A DNA stretch of 64,000 bases from Deferribacterales bacterium (GTDB lineage: Bacteria; Chrysiogenota; Deferribacteres; Deferribacterales; Geovibrionaceae): assembly GCA_050251945.1 (NCBI GenBank), contig JBFWLW010000002.1:256001-320000 (forward strand), in the 5' to 3' direction. Position 1 is the stretch's first letter; every line of letters starts with the position of its first letter. Below, one piece after another: positions 1-9,468 of the stretch. The translations under genes and the position numbers were made by a program. A model generated the notes under the pieces. The model did not search any database and was not told where the DNA came from. It saw nothing but the letters and a program-made list of their open reading frames with translations.

Positions 1-928
1 CCATAACGGCATTGGCACCTTCCGGCAAAAAAGACATCCGCTCGGCAATAGCCTCTTTCGCTTTTTCTATGGTATCGAGATTCAGACCGGAAGTTATCAC
101 AACTTCGCCGGAAGGCTGTACGCCGCGGCGCTCCATCTCTTCCAATATCAGCGAGGTATACAAAGGATAATTATCCGTCAGTTTGTTTATATTATATTCA
201 ACAGGCACGCGCACGGCATCACTGTAAGACGTTTTTCCCTGCTCTATCATGTATTCGGCAAATTCGCCGGTGCGCCTTAAAAAGCTCTCCATATCCTCAT
301 ACGGCAGAACGTTCAGCGTAAGAACGCTCATAAGCCAGAGGATCTGCGATTCGTCGGCAAACTCTGAACTTCGGTCAAAATAGAAAAGGGATGCCGATTC
401 AAGTCCCCAAAGGTCACTCTGCATATATGCCGTTTGCAGGTACGCATTGTAAATGCCGTTTTTCCCGTGCATTTTCAGAAGATCAGCTGCTGTTTTCCAC
501 AAAACCAGTTTATAATGGGTATCATCGCGGTACATATACGCCGCTTTCTCCGCCTCGTACATAATAAAACAGTCGTCGAGTCCGGCAGCGGGTATCTCAT
601 AGGTTTTCAGCAATTTAAAATCTTCATCGGTCTCAGGTTTTTCGCATTTAAAATAGTTTTTGCCTGCAAACTCCATCAGGGTATAGATATCCTGCGGCAG
701 ATTTTCGGGCATATCGTCTGAACGCTCGTAAACGTTCTTATACATCAATATATTGTCTTTGGAATAGATTGATACGGTCTTTGTTTTGCGGTCGTTGAAA
801 AAGATGGCTCCCATATCGGGAGAATAGAGTTCAAGCCTGACCCGCTGGTTTTTCAGATACCACCATCCGCCGCCTGCACCAGCCGCGGCAAGAAGAAGCA
901 GTACAAGAAAAACCCTGAGAAATTTCAT
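1..928 (-). CDS. Partial class A penicillin-binding-protein-like protein (membrane anchor plus degenerate transglycosylase-like domain); runs off the window edge
   Basis: Not in the ORF track; translated by hand from ATG at 928 (ATGA overlap with the rdgB stop) and open to base 1. N-terminal anchor MKFLRVFLVLLLLAAAGAGGGWWYL. IYNAYLQTAYMQSDLWGLESASLFYF resembles the GT51 ILExYLN..YxG..GVEAAA..YF segment, and VVITSGLNLD resembles the IYTTLD linker. Confidence 0.6.
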   Translation of the reverse strand, partial: MKFLRVFLVLLLLAAAGAGGGWWYLKNQRVRLELYSPDMGAIFFNDRKTKTVSIYSKDNILMYKNVYERSDDMPENLPQDIYTLMEFAGKNYFKCEKPETDEDFKLLKTYEIPAAGLDDCFIMYEAEKAAYMYRDDTHYKLVLWKTAADLLKMHGKNGIYNAYLQTAYMQSDLWGLESASLFYFDRSSEFADESQILWLMSVLTLNVLPYEDMESFLRRTGEFAEYMIEQGKTSYSDAVRVPVEYNINKLTDNYPLYTSLILEEMERRGVQPSGEVVITSGLNLDTIEKAKEAIAERMSFLPEGANAVM

Positions 929-1518
929 CAGCTTTCCTGTTTCAAATCCAGATATTCTTTAAGGGACTGAACTGCCATCTTCCTGTGGCTTATGGCGTTC
1001 TTCTCGTCGTCGGTAAGCTCCGCCATGTGTCTTCCGTCGGGCAGAAGGAATATCACGTCGTAACCGAAACCGCCTTCGCCTTTGTATTCTCTGGCAACCG
1101 CGCCCTGACACATACCGCCGAAGGTGCGTTCCACAATTCCGTCAACAGCCAGAGCTATCACACAAATGTAGCTTGCACTCCTCGCTTCGTCGGGAACACG
1201 CTCCATAACGGCGAGAAGTTTTCGGTTATTGTCATCATCGGTGGCGTTAACCCCGGCAAACCGTGCGCTGTAAACGCCCGGCGCACCCTCCAGAGCGTCC
1301 ACGGAGATACCTGAATCGTCCGCTATGACATATCCGTCAATAAGCTTTGAAAGTGCCTTAGCCTTTATGGAAGCGTTCTGGAGAAAAGTATTTCCGGTCT
1401 CCTCAACGTCCATGTCTTTATCTATATAGTCGTATGCGCTGACAACCTCAACGCCTTCCAGTATCTGCGCTATCTCTTTGAGTTTATGTTTATTTTTCGT
1501 TGCAACGTAAAGTTTCAT
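928..1518 (-). CDS. rdgB: Non-canonical purine NTP pyrophosphatase (RdgB/HAM1)
   Basis: ATKNKHK, ADDSG, PGVYSAR, GFGYD and ISHR motifs; directly downstream of rph. Confidence 0.95.
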   Translation of the reverse strand: MKLYVATKNKHKLKEIAQILEGVEVVSAYDYIDKDMDVEETGNTFLQNASIKAKALSKLIDGYVIADDSGISVDALEGAPGVYSARFAGVNATDDDNNRKLLAVMERVPDEARSASYICVIALAVDGIVERTFGGMCQGAVAREYKGEGGFGYDVIFLLPDGRHMAELTDDEKNAISHRKMAVQSLKEYLDLKQES

Positions 1519-2231
1519 TCCATCCCCAGAAGTCGTTTCTGCGCCGCGAGCAGATTCTTTATCCCCATAATGCCAAGATCGAGCATCCTGTCCAGTCCGT
1601 CGCGTGAAAATGCCGCGCCCTCGGCACAGCCCTGAATCTCTATAATATCCGTTCCGTTCTTCATGACCAAATTGAGGTCAACGTCGGCACTGCTGTCCTC
1701 TGTGTATTGCAGATCGAGCAGATATTCGCCGTCCACGATGCCGATGCTGACGGCGCCGACGAAATCTTTTACAGGATTCTCAGCCAGCACTCCGAGTTTA
1801 ACCATCCTCTCTGCCGCGATGTAAAGCGCACAGAAACCGCCTGTTATGGCGGCAGTTCTTGTTCCGCCGTCCGCCTGTATAACGTCGCAGTCGATTATGA
1901 CGGTGTTCTCACCCAGCTTTTCAAAATCCACTGCGGCACGCAGGCTTCTGCCCGCCAGACGTGATATTTCCATCGTCCGCCCGTCCTCTTTTCCGCGTTT
2001 GGATTCGCGCTGATTGCGGGTGTTGGTCGCTCTGGGCAGCATGGCGTATTCAGCCGTCACCCAGCCCCTCCCCGTGTCTTTCAAAAAGGGCGGCACTCCC
2101 TGTGTGAAGCTGGCATTGCATATTACTTTCGTGTTACCGAATTCGCAAAGCACGGAACCTTCGGGATGCATAACATAATCCCTTGTCAGTATCACGGGTC
2201 TCATTCTGTCGGCTGGTCTGTCTGTTCTCAT
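1515..2231 (-). CDS. rph: Ribonuclease PH
   Basis: GWVTAEYAMLPRAT, EISRLAGRSLR and ADGGTRTAAITG motifs. Confidence 0.97.
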   Translation of the reverse strand: MRTDRPADRMRPVILTRDYVMHPEGSVLCEFGNTKVICNASFTQGVPPFLKDTGRGWVTAEYAMLPRATNTRNQRESKRGKEDGRTMEISRLAGRSLRAAVDFEKLGENTVIIDCDVIQADGGTRTAAITGGFCALYIAAERMVKLGVLAENPVKDFVGAVSIGIVDGEYLLDLQYTEDSSADVDLNLVMKNGTDIIEIQGCAEGAAFSRDGLDRMLDLGIMGIKNLLAAQKRLLGME

Positions 2232-2238
2232 TATATTC

Positions 2239-3006
2239 CTATTCGTTTATGATAAGTGCATTGGGATAAGTCTGGGATTTTTCATCCTTGAACGCCATAG
2301 CGTCGTCGCGGTTTGTAAAACCGATGACCCGCACTCTGAAATATTCGTTTCCGTTGATTATAGCTGGTTCAATGATAGCGTTCCTGATACCGCCAGCCAC
2401 CTCTTCCGCGTTCTGGCGGATGGAGAATGACGCAAGCTGTACTGAGAAGTTGCCGAATTCAGGCTCGTCTGTTTCCTCTTCGCCGTTGAGAAGTGTTATC
2501 TCAACCTTTGTGAGCCCCTTGCCTACGAGATTAAGCTCACTTGCAGCGGCGTATGAGAGGTCGATTATCCTGCCCGGCACATGGGGTCCTCTGTCGTTTA
2601 TACGTACAACGACGGATTTACCCGTTTCGGCGCAGTCCACGCGCACCAGACTGCCCAGAGGGAGCTGTTTATGAGCCGCGGTCTTGTCGAACATGTTATA
2701 TTTTTCGCCGCTGGACGTCTTTTTACCGTGATCGTCATTGCCGTACCATGATGCAAGTCCCTTCTGCTTGAAACTTTCAACCGATTTCATACGGTAATAG
2801 GTTATCCCGCGGACAGTGTAGGGTCTGTCATAAACCGCGCCCAGCATTTCGGCTCCTGACGGAGTGCGGGCATCTGCAATGGCAACCGCCTTGTCTGTTT
2901 CCGTTTTCGGCTGTTCTGCCTGTGCTGTTTCGTCCTCCGCATATGCAAAGGCGCTTGCCAGCAGAACAAGGCTAAGTATAATTGTTTTCCATGTAAATCT
3001 GTTCAA
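2239..3006 (-). CDS. rlpA: Septal ring lytic transglycosylase RlpA family protein with C-terminal SPOR domain
   Basis: GLASWYG, TAAHKQLP and VRINDRGP..GRIIDLS motifs; SPOR-like FSVQLASF..YFRVRV. Start moved to TTG 3006, just before the signal peptide (start uncertain). Confidence 0.88.
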   Translation of the reverse strand: MNRFTWKTIILSLVLLASAFAYAEDETAQAEQPKTETDKAVAIADARTPSGAEMLGAVYDRPYTVRGITYYRMKSVESFKQKGLASWYGNDDHGKKTSSGEKYNMFDKTAAHKQLPLGSLVRVDCAETGKSVVVRINDRGPHVPGRIIDLSYAAASELNLVGKGLTKVEITLLNGEEETDEPEFGNFSVQLASFSIRQNAEEVAGGIRNAIIEPAIINGNEYFRVRVIGFTNRDDAMAFKDEKSQTYPNALIINE

Positions 3007-4015
3007 GCTGTTGTTTCCCCTCTTCAATGTTTTCATACCTGATAATGAAATCGGGTCTTTCGGGTATTGACCGCATGTAAAGCGGGTCGTAGTACGACTC
3101 AAGCAGAATCTTCGTAAAGCTCTCATAGTCACTTTTATTCAGAAGCTTCGCCAGTTCGCTGACTTTTGCGTTTCCTATGTACTTGTTCAGGCGGAGCAAT
3201 GAACGCAATATCTCATCTTTATACAGTTCAGGCTTGTAATTGTCCACCGTAAAGCTTATGCGCGCGTCCAGAGGCACCTCTGCAACGACGCTCACACCTT
3301 TTTTCATCCTGCTGAAAAGACTTTTTGGAACAGAGACTTTGCCTATCTTCATGCTCTCGCCTTCAACAAGATAGACACCTTCTTTTTCCCTGTATAATTT
3401 ATACCATATTTTTGTTTCAAAATTCTTCTGAGTTACGTTCAGATACTCCGGTTCATCCACTTCGCCGAAGCTGGAGCCCTTATGAGCAGCCGCTTTCTCA
3501 AGATCCAGCACCCTGATGTTTCCGTCAAGCTGTCTGAGAATCGCCGTTTTTCCGCAACCTGTGGGTCCGTATAGATTTATGAAAGAATAATCGGGTGAAA
3601 AGTTCTGAAAAAATGAATTGACGTGATTCCGGAAAGATTTATATCCGCCTTCAATACGGGAGACATCCAGTCCGGCAAGCTTTAAAAGCCCCGCAGTGCT
3701 GGCGCTTCTAAGTCCGCCCCTCCAACAGAATACAACCGTCAGCCGCTTGTCCTTGATATCAAGAAAACTGCGGATAAGCTGAGGAAGTTTCGGACTGACC
3801 AGATCCACACCCAGAAGCCGTGCTTCTTTGGGTCCGGTCTGCACATAGCAGGTTCCCACCTTTGCCCGCTCCTCATTGTTCAGAAGCGGAATATTTGCGG
3901 AATCAGGGATGGTGTCCTCAAGAAATTCGCTCTCGGAGCGCACATCAATGAGGTTGAAATGTTCTATCCCCCGTTCCAGAATGTGACTTAAAGAGAGTTC
4001 GCCGACTACACTCAC
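2972..4015 (-). CDS. mnmH: tRNA 2-selenouridine synthase
   Basis: Rhodanese IDVRS..EF and CWRGGLRS; P-loop GPTGCGKT; LDLE..A.HKGSSFG; YYDPLY. Confidence 0.93.
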   Translation of the reverse strand: MSVVGELSLSHILERGIEHFNLIDVRSESEFLEDTIPDSANIPLLNNEERAKVGTCYVQTGPKEARLLGVDLVSPKLPQLIRSFLDIKDKRLTVVFCWRGGLRSASTAGLLKLAGLDVSRIEGGYKSFRNHVNSFFQNFSPDYSFINLYGPTGCGKTAILRQLDGNIRVLDLEKAAAHKGSSFGEVDEPEYLNVTQKNFETKIWYKLYREKEGVYLVEGESMKIGKVSVPKSLFSRMKKGVSVVAEVPLDARISFTVDNYKPELYKDEILRSLLRLNKYIGNAKVSELAKLLNKSDYESFTKILLESYYDPLYMRSIPERPDFIIRYENIEEGKQQLEQIYMENNYT

Positions 4016-4899
4016 TTGAACTTTAAGAGTGTCTCTATGTAATGCTTAAGCAGTTTTTTGTTTGTTCTGTTTTTGCTGTAAACAACATAGACCTCTTTCT
4101 CCACAACAAGGTCGGTGACCGGAATAGCTTTGATACAGCCGTCACATTCGTCGGTCAGTGCCATTTCTGACATAAACGCTATACCAAGCTCTTTTTTGAC
4201 GGCATTTTTTATTGAGAAAGTTGAGCTTAAAACAGCTACTATGTTAAGGCTTTCAAAGTCGTAGCCCTTCTGTTTGAATCCGTGTTCCACAGAGGCGCGC
4301 GTACCAGAGCCTATTTCGCGGGTGATGAATTCCTCTCCCAGTATCTCTTCTATGAAAACGCTTCCTCTGGTATAAAATTTATGGTTCTTGTGTACGATAA
4401 GAACTATCTTATCTTTTGTAAGAACTTTGTATTCAAGGTCTTTTTTAGGTATCTTCCTTGCGACCACGGCAAGATCGAGTATACCGTCGGAAAGTCTCTG
4501 GATTATTGTCTGGGTGCCTGCGTTGTCTATATTGAAGAATGTCTTAGGGTAGTCCTCTTTGAACTTTTTGATAACTTCCGGAAGTATGAATTCGGCGGCA
4601 ACGGTGCTGTAGCCGATGTGGAGGTTCCCGCTCACTTCGTTCAGAAATTCTTTGACGGCTTCCTGTGATCTTTCGCGAAGATCAAGTATATCAACGGCAT
4701 AGGGGAAAAAAATCTGCCCCACCTCTGTGAGAACGACCTCTTTTGAAAGTCTGTCGAAAAGTTTAACGCCGAGCTGTTCTTCAAGAGTGCTGATGTGCGT
4801 GGATATGGTGGGCTGGCTCAAAAGAAGTTTTTCGGCAGCGCGTGAAAACGACTTATATTTTGCGACAAAAACGAATGCTTCAATCTGTTTAAAATCCAT
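4012..4899 (-). CDS. LysR-family regulator (selenium-metabolism-associated type by context)
   Basis: SFSRAAEKL.LSQPTIS..I..LE HTH and RE.GSGTR; overlaps the mnmH start by 4 nt. Confidence 0.9.
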   Translation of the reverse strand: MDFKQIEAFVFVAKYKSFSRAAEKLLLSQPTISTHISTLEEQLGVKLFDRLSKEVVLTEVGQIFFPYAVDILDLRERSQEAVKEFLNEVSGNLHIGYSTVAAEFILPEVIKKFKEDYPKTFFNIDNAGTQTIIQRLSDGILDLAVVARKIPKKDLEYKVLTKDKIVLIVHKNHKFYTRGSVFIEEILGEEFITREIGSGTRASVEHGFKQKGYDFESLNIVAVLSSTFSIKNAVKKELGIAFMSEMALTDECDGCIKAIPVTDLVVEKEVYVVYSKNRTNKKLLKHYIETLLKFK

Positions 4900-4990
4900 A
4901 TCCTTCTCCCTCTCTTTTCAATATAGGTTGAAAATACCATAAACATAGAAAAAATCAATATCGAAAAGTTTATATGACCATAACAGCGCA

Positions 4991-6631
4991 CTATTTACCG
5001 ATTATACACCCGCCTTCCGCTTTGTACACGGCAATAAACGGGTAGTTACGATATATTCGCTTAAAACATCCTATATCGGAGCTGCCAATAATAAGCGTTT
5101 TTCCAAAAATTGAATTTTCTGTTTTATTGTTGAAAACCGAAAAATAAGCTCCATTTCTATGTAATTTTAGTCCTGAATCGGAATTATGTTCAATATTCGT
5201 AAAATTTAATCCGTCCGATGAAAAATATCCGTGACTGCCGCCTTTAAAAGGCACTCCTTCTGTTAACACCAGCCAGACATCTTTTCCCCCGCCTATGGTT
5301 TTAAGCAATGTCCTGTCAGGCTGCGCCGAAGCCAGAAGCTTCTGCGACATGTACCATCCCTCTTTGAACTGCGAGGTTCCGTCCGCCGCCGCACGCACCC
5401 CTTTAAGATATTCCAGAATAAACCCGTTATCCCACTGGGTAACAACGTTTGCGCCCTTCGGGATGTCAAGTTTAGCGAAATCTTCAAACACCTCTTTTTC
5501 AACATACGGAGCAGGAACAAAATATACCGCAGAAACAGCAAAGGCAAAAAAGAACGCAGAAGACATTGAAAGCGCTTCGCCGAACCGCCCTGCGCGCCTG
5601 AATACATATGAAAAAAGCACACCGAAACCGATGCCGGCAAAAACGCCGAGATACATTCCGAAGCGCTGACCTTTAAAGAACATCAGACACCCAAGCAAAA
5701 ACAGCGGAGCAAGCAGGTAGATTCTGCGAAATGTCACCGCAAAAAGAACCAGTCCCGCCAGTGCGGAATAACCGTCAAGCGTGATCAGCCTCATGTTGTC
5801 CCAGAAGCTTTTGACTCCAAGTTCCGCAACGTCTGCGGGATAGAACCTTCCGGCATCTGTCATGAAACCAATCAGACCTTTGAAACCCAGAGCAAGCTGA
5901 AAAGGTGAACAGAAAATAATAAACACAGCAACAGAATACAAGACCATTTTCTTATTTTTGCACACAATGAGCAGATGCAGACTGAGCATAACCAGCCAGA
6001 CGACAGCGAATCCCGCATGGGCGTACCATCTGTAGTGAAGCCAGCAGAAAATCCCTGCCAGAGCCGAATACAGGAGAGTTTTACCGCGCCCTGCAAGATA
6101 GATGAACAATATAACCGTCAGAGGAAAAAACAGATTAAGCATATCGGTATCAGCCTGAAACGCAGTTGTCCGCCCCAGATAAGCCATGCAAAGCCCGCCT
6201 GTGACAGCACCGCCTATCGCTGCCGACGGCATACCGTTCAGGTACAGAAATATCCCCAGAGGAAAAACGAACAGACCGGAAAGAAATACAGTCAGCAGGC
6301 TGGATGCAGTCTCCAAATCCAGCCCCGCAGCGGAGGCTGTCTTTTCAGTAAGCAGGCTTATTAAAGGAGTGAAAGGAAACGGGGTGCCTGTTGAAAGCGG
6401 GTCTTTGCCGCTGACAAAAGAACCGTCTGCGATCTCCTTCGCATAGCGAAGCCACCTGTAGCCGTCGTTTGAAACAAGGATGACGTGTCCGGCGGCGCGG
6501 TGATATGCACTGTCCAGAATGTCCGTGTGCTGGCGGTATCTTACGGCAGTATTTGCCAGATATGCCATAACCAGCAGAAGGGCAAAAAAAAGGACACCGA
6601 TTTTGCGGTGTCCTCTCTTATATTCAGACAT
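4991..6631 (-). CDS. STT3/PglB-like oligosaccharyltransferase (short, atypical motif)
   Basis: Many TM segments; SNDGY, DTDML, DVAE and GQRF motifs; TQWDNG at the WWDxG position; ADGTSQ at the DGGK position. Confidence 0.75.
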   Translation of the reverse strand: MSEYKRGHRKIGVLFFALLLVMAYLANTAVRYRQHTDILDSAYHRAAGHVILVSNDGYRWLRYAKEIADGSFVSGKDPLSTGTPFPFTPLISLLTEKTASAAGLDLETASSLLTVFLSGLFVFPLGIFLYLNGMPSAAIGGAVTGGLCMAYLGRTTAFQADTDMLNLFFPLTVILFIYLAGRGKTLLYSALAGIFCWLHYRWYAHAGFAVVWLVMLSLHLLIVCKNKKMVLYSVAVFIIFCSPFQLALGFKGLIGFMTDAGRFYPADVAELGVKSFWDNMRLITLDGYSALAGLVLFAVTFRRIYLLAPLFLLGCLMFFKGQRFGMYLGVFAGIGFGVLFSYVFRRAGRFGEALSMSSAFFFAFAVSAVYFVPAPYVEKEVFEDFAKLDIPKGANVVTQWDNGFILEYLKGVRAAADGTSQFKEGWYMSQKLLASAQPDRTLLKTIGGGKDVWLVLTEGVPFKGGSHGYFSSDGLNFTNIEHNSDSGLKLHRNGAYFSVFNNKTENSIFGKTLIIGSSDIGCFKRIYRNYPFIAVYKAEGGCIIGK

Positions 6632-8123
6632 TTTCTGAGTAATGTACTTTTATGAATTTGTTCAAAAGCCTTATGCCGAAACCTGTGGCATACTTGCCGA
6701 ATATCGGGTGATCCTCCTCAATGTATGAGGGACCCGCGATATCGAGGTGTATCCATGGCCAGTTGTCCACGAACTCCTGCAAAAACAGTCCGGCAATGAC
6801 AGAACCCGCCTCGCCTTTCTGTTTCGCGATGTTGCGCAGGTCTGCGATATCGCTTTTGACACGTTTCTGGTATGACTCAAGCAGCGGCAGTTCCCAGATA
6901 TCCTCCGCAACGTCGTATGAAATATCCGTAATGTTTTTCGCGAGGAACTTTCTGTTTGAGAAAAGCCCCGCACAGTGTTTGCCAAGAGCAACAATACAGG
7001 CTCCCGTGAGCGTCGCCACGTCTATTATAACTTCAGGGTCGGACTTGGTAGCAGTATAAAGCGCATCGGCAAGGATAAGTCTGCCTTCGGCATCTGTGTT
7101 GAGTATCTCAACAGTCTTGCCCATGGCGCTGGTGAGTATGTCGCCCGGTTTATAAGCACTCATCCCGATGATATTCTCAACCATGGGAATGTATGTTTTG
7201 ATGTTGACCTTAAGCCCTGTTTCCGCGGCAGTTTTGGTGACGGCAAAAACAGTTGCCGCACCTGCCATGTCGGTCTTCATATCCTCGATGGAACCGGTGG
7301 GTTTCAGGTTGCTTCCGCCGGAATCAAACGTTACGCCCTTGCCGACAAGAGCAACGTGCTTCTCGCTCCCGGGGTTTCCGTTGTATTCCATCATGACCAT
7401 TCTGGGAGGGTAACAGCTCCCTTTGCCTACGGCGTAGACCATAGGGAAACGCTCTTTAAGCTCGTCCATATCGTCGATGACAGTGACTTTAAGCCCTTCA
7501 GCCGCACACTCTTTTATCCTGTCCGCAAATATCTCAGGAGTGAGGTCTGCGGGCGGAGTGTTCACCAGATCCTTAGCCAGATATATATTGTCGAACTGAA
7601 CGTTCAGGTTTGCGGCGTTATCATCCATAGCGCGTTTAAGTTTCGCATAGGACGTAATGACCTCAACCTCATCTAACTGCCAGTTCTTTTCCTGTTTTGT
7701 TTTATAAGCTTCATAGCTGTACTGACCGAAGAAGAATCCGTCCAGAAAGGCAGCGGAATACTGCGGGTCTTTTTTGTCCATATAAACGTCTTCAAAAGCT
7801 ATCATGGAGAACGAAGATATCCTGTCCTTTTTCAGCAGCTTCACAAACGAAGCGCCAAGCTCCATATAATATCTGAGATCCTGCGGGTCTTTGGAAATAT
7901 TCACCAGATATATCTTTTTGAGTTTTCTGCCTATCTCCACGTAAAAGGCGGAGAACTCTTTCTCATCATATGAGAAATAGTCCGAACCTATCATCTCGTT
8001 GATCGCGTCTTCTATTTTCTTTCCGGTAAGGGATTTGAGCGGGCGCATGTTACGGTAAACGGGAATGAGGATCGCGTCTTTTTTAGAATTGAGCGCTGTT
8101 TTCTTTCTGCACGATATTTTCAT
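6624..8123 (-). CDS. pepA: Leucyl aminopeptidase (M17)
   Basis: LVGKGVTFDSGG, MKTDMAG, NTDAEGRL and HLDIAG motifs; start set at ATG 8123. Confidence 0.95.
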   Translation of the reverse strand: MKISCRKKTALNSKKDAILIPVYRNMRPLKSLTGKKIEDAINEMIGSDYFSYDEKEFSAFYVEIGRKLKKIYLVNISKDPQDLRYYMELGASFVKLLKKDRISSFSMIAFEDVYMDKKDPQYSAAFLDGFFFGQYSYEAYKTKQEKNWQLDEVEVITSYAKLKRAMDDNAANLNVQFDNIYLAKDLVNTPPADLTPEIFADRIKECAAEGLKVTVIDDMDELKERFPMVYAVGKGSCYPPRMVMMEYNGNPGSEKHVALVGKGVTFDSGGSNLKPTGSIEDMKTDMAGAATVFAVTKTAAETGLKVNIKTYIPMVENIIGMSAYKPGDILTSAMGKTVEILNTDAEGRLILADALYTATKSDPEVIIDVATLTGACIVALGKHCAGLFSNRKFLAKNITDISYDVAEDIWELPLLESYQKRVKSDIADLRNIAKQKGEAGSVIAGLFLQEFVDNWPWIHLDIAGPSYIEEDHPIFGKYATGFGIRLLNKFIKVHYSENV

Positions 8124-8346
8124 GACAACTAACCTCTGGAACCTTTTTATATGTACACATATTAAGCAGCTTTTTGCGCATAAATTCAAGAGTAAAACAG
8201 CCAATATGAGCATTTTTATCCGTTATTTTCAGCCGTTTTCGTAAGGTTTTCTCCCAATTTCATTCGTAAAGCCTCTTTCAGAGACCATTTCCGTATTGCC
8301 CATACTGCATGACAAAATAAATATTAAAATAAATTAAAATTCATCA

Positions 8347-8375
8347 TTGACACATTATAGTAAAACTGGTAATCT
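8347..8375 (+). promoter_or_regulatory. Sigma70 promoter of tRNA-fMet
   Basis: TTGACA-17 nt-TAATCT with TG extended -10, 13 nt upstream of the tRNA. Confidence 0.75.
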
Positions 8376-8388
8376 TCGTTTCCCTTGA

Positions 8389-8465
<77 letters not shown>

Positions 8466-8474
8466 AAAAACAAT

Positions 8475-8501
8475 GCCCACCTTTGGTGGGCTTTTTGTTT
8501 T
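8475..8501 (+). terminator. Intrinsic terminator
   Basis: GCCCACC-TTT-GGTGGGC followed by TTTTTGTTTT. Confidence 0.85.
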
Positions 8502-8589
8502 GAAAATATGAGACTGCTGCAACGCTGTCTCATTATGTTTAATGTATCTGCCAATTTAATTTTCGCGGCATTTTTCTGTGGGGTTGGTT

Positions 8590-9468
8590 ATGTCGGATGT
8601 CCTTTTTTATCTTATGATGGTTCTCGCCATGGTAAGCTGGGGCGAATCATGGGTTTCCGCAAAGGTCGTCGCCAAGATGGCATCACCGGAAGTTCTCATG
8701 TTCTGGCGTTTTTTCCTCACGTTCATATCATACATTCCGGTCATGATTTACCTTAAACAGACTTTTTACATAAGCCGCAAAGGGATACTGTTCACCCTCG
8801 TCTGTTCGGTCGTACTTCTGCTTTATAATGAAATGTTCTTCACCGGACTGATATACGGCATGGCGAGCGTCGGCGGGATACTTGTAACAACACTTATTCC
8901 TGTCGTCACATTCCTTCTGGTGAGCGTACTGAGCCTCAAGGCGCCTTCACTTAAGGACTCCTTCGGGCTTATCCTCGGCGCATGCGGCGCAATGGTAATC
9001 ATTAAGATATGGGATACAGACATTGAAAAACTGTTCCTCAGCGGGAATATATATTTCCTCACGGCGGCGTTTCTCTGGGCTGTGCTTACATATCTCGGAG
9101 CTTTCGTTAAAAAATACACCAACGTCTTCACATACAGCTTCTACCTTTACCTGTTCACCACAGGGCTGATAGCGCTGACCATCATGGCGAAAGGCTTAAG
9201 CTATTCCGTTCCCCATACATTCGTTTTCTGGAGTAATATGACGCTTCTGGCGGTGGGAGCAACGACTTTCGGTTCCACGCTGTTCTTTATTGCGGCAGCG
9301 AGGCTCGGTTCTCAGAAAACAAGCTCTTTCGTTTACCTTGTGCCTGTGAACGCGCTGGGACTAAGCTGGTTCTTCCTCGGTGAACAGATACACATCAACA
9401 CCGTTATCGGCGGTCTGCTTGTTTTCATGGCTGTCTACATTATAAATAAAAGAACTAAAAAAGCTTAA
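8590..9468 (+). CDS. DMT/EamA family transporter
   Basis: About 10 TM segments in two EamA repeats (WG.SW..K, LVPV...LGE); start at ATG 8590. Confidence 0.88.
   Translation: MSDVLFYLMMVLAMVSWGESWVSAKVVAKMASPEVLMFWRFFLTFISYIPVMIYLKQTFYISRKGILFTLVCSVVLLLYNEMFFTGLIYGMASVGGILVTTLIPVVTFLLVSVLSLKAPSLKDSFGLILGACGAMVIIKIWDTDIEKLFLSGNIYFLTAAFLWAVLTYLGAFVKKYTNVFTYSFYLYLFTTGLIALTIMAKGLSYSVPHTFVFWSNMTLLAVGATTFGSTLFFIAAARLGSQKTSSFVYLVPVNALGLSWFFLGEQIHINTVIGGLLVFMAVYIINKRTKKA

Noticed and set aside
928..6631. Selenocysteine (UGA) read-through near the selenium-related genes
   Set aside because: The ORFs are complete as called, and the TGA stops overlap the next start codons
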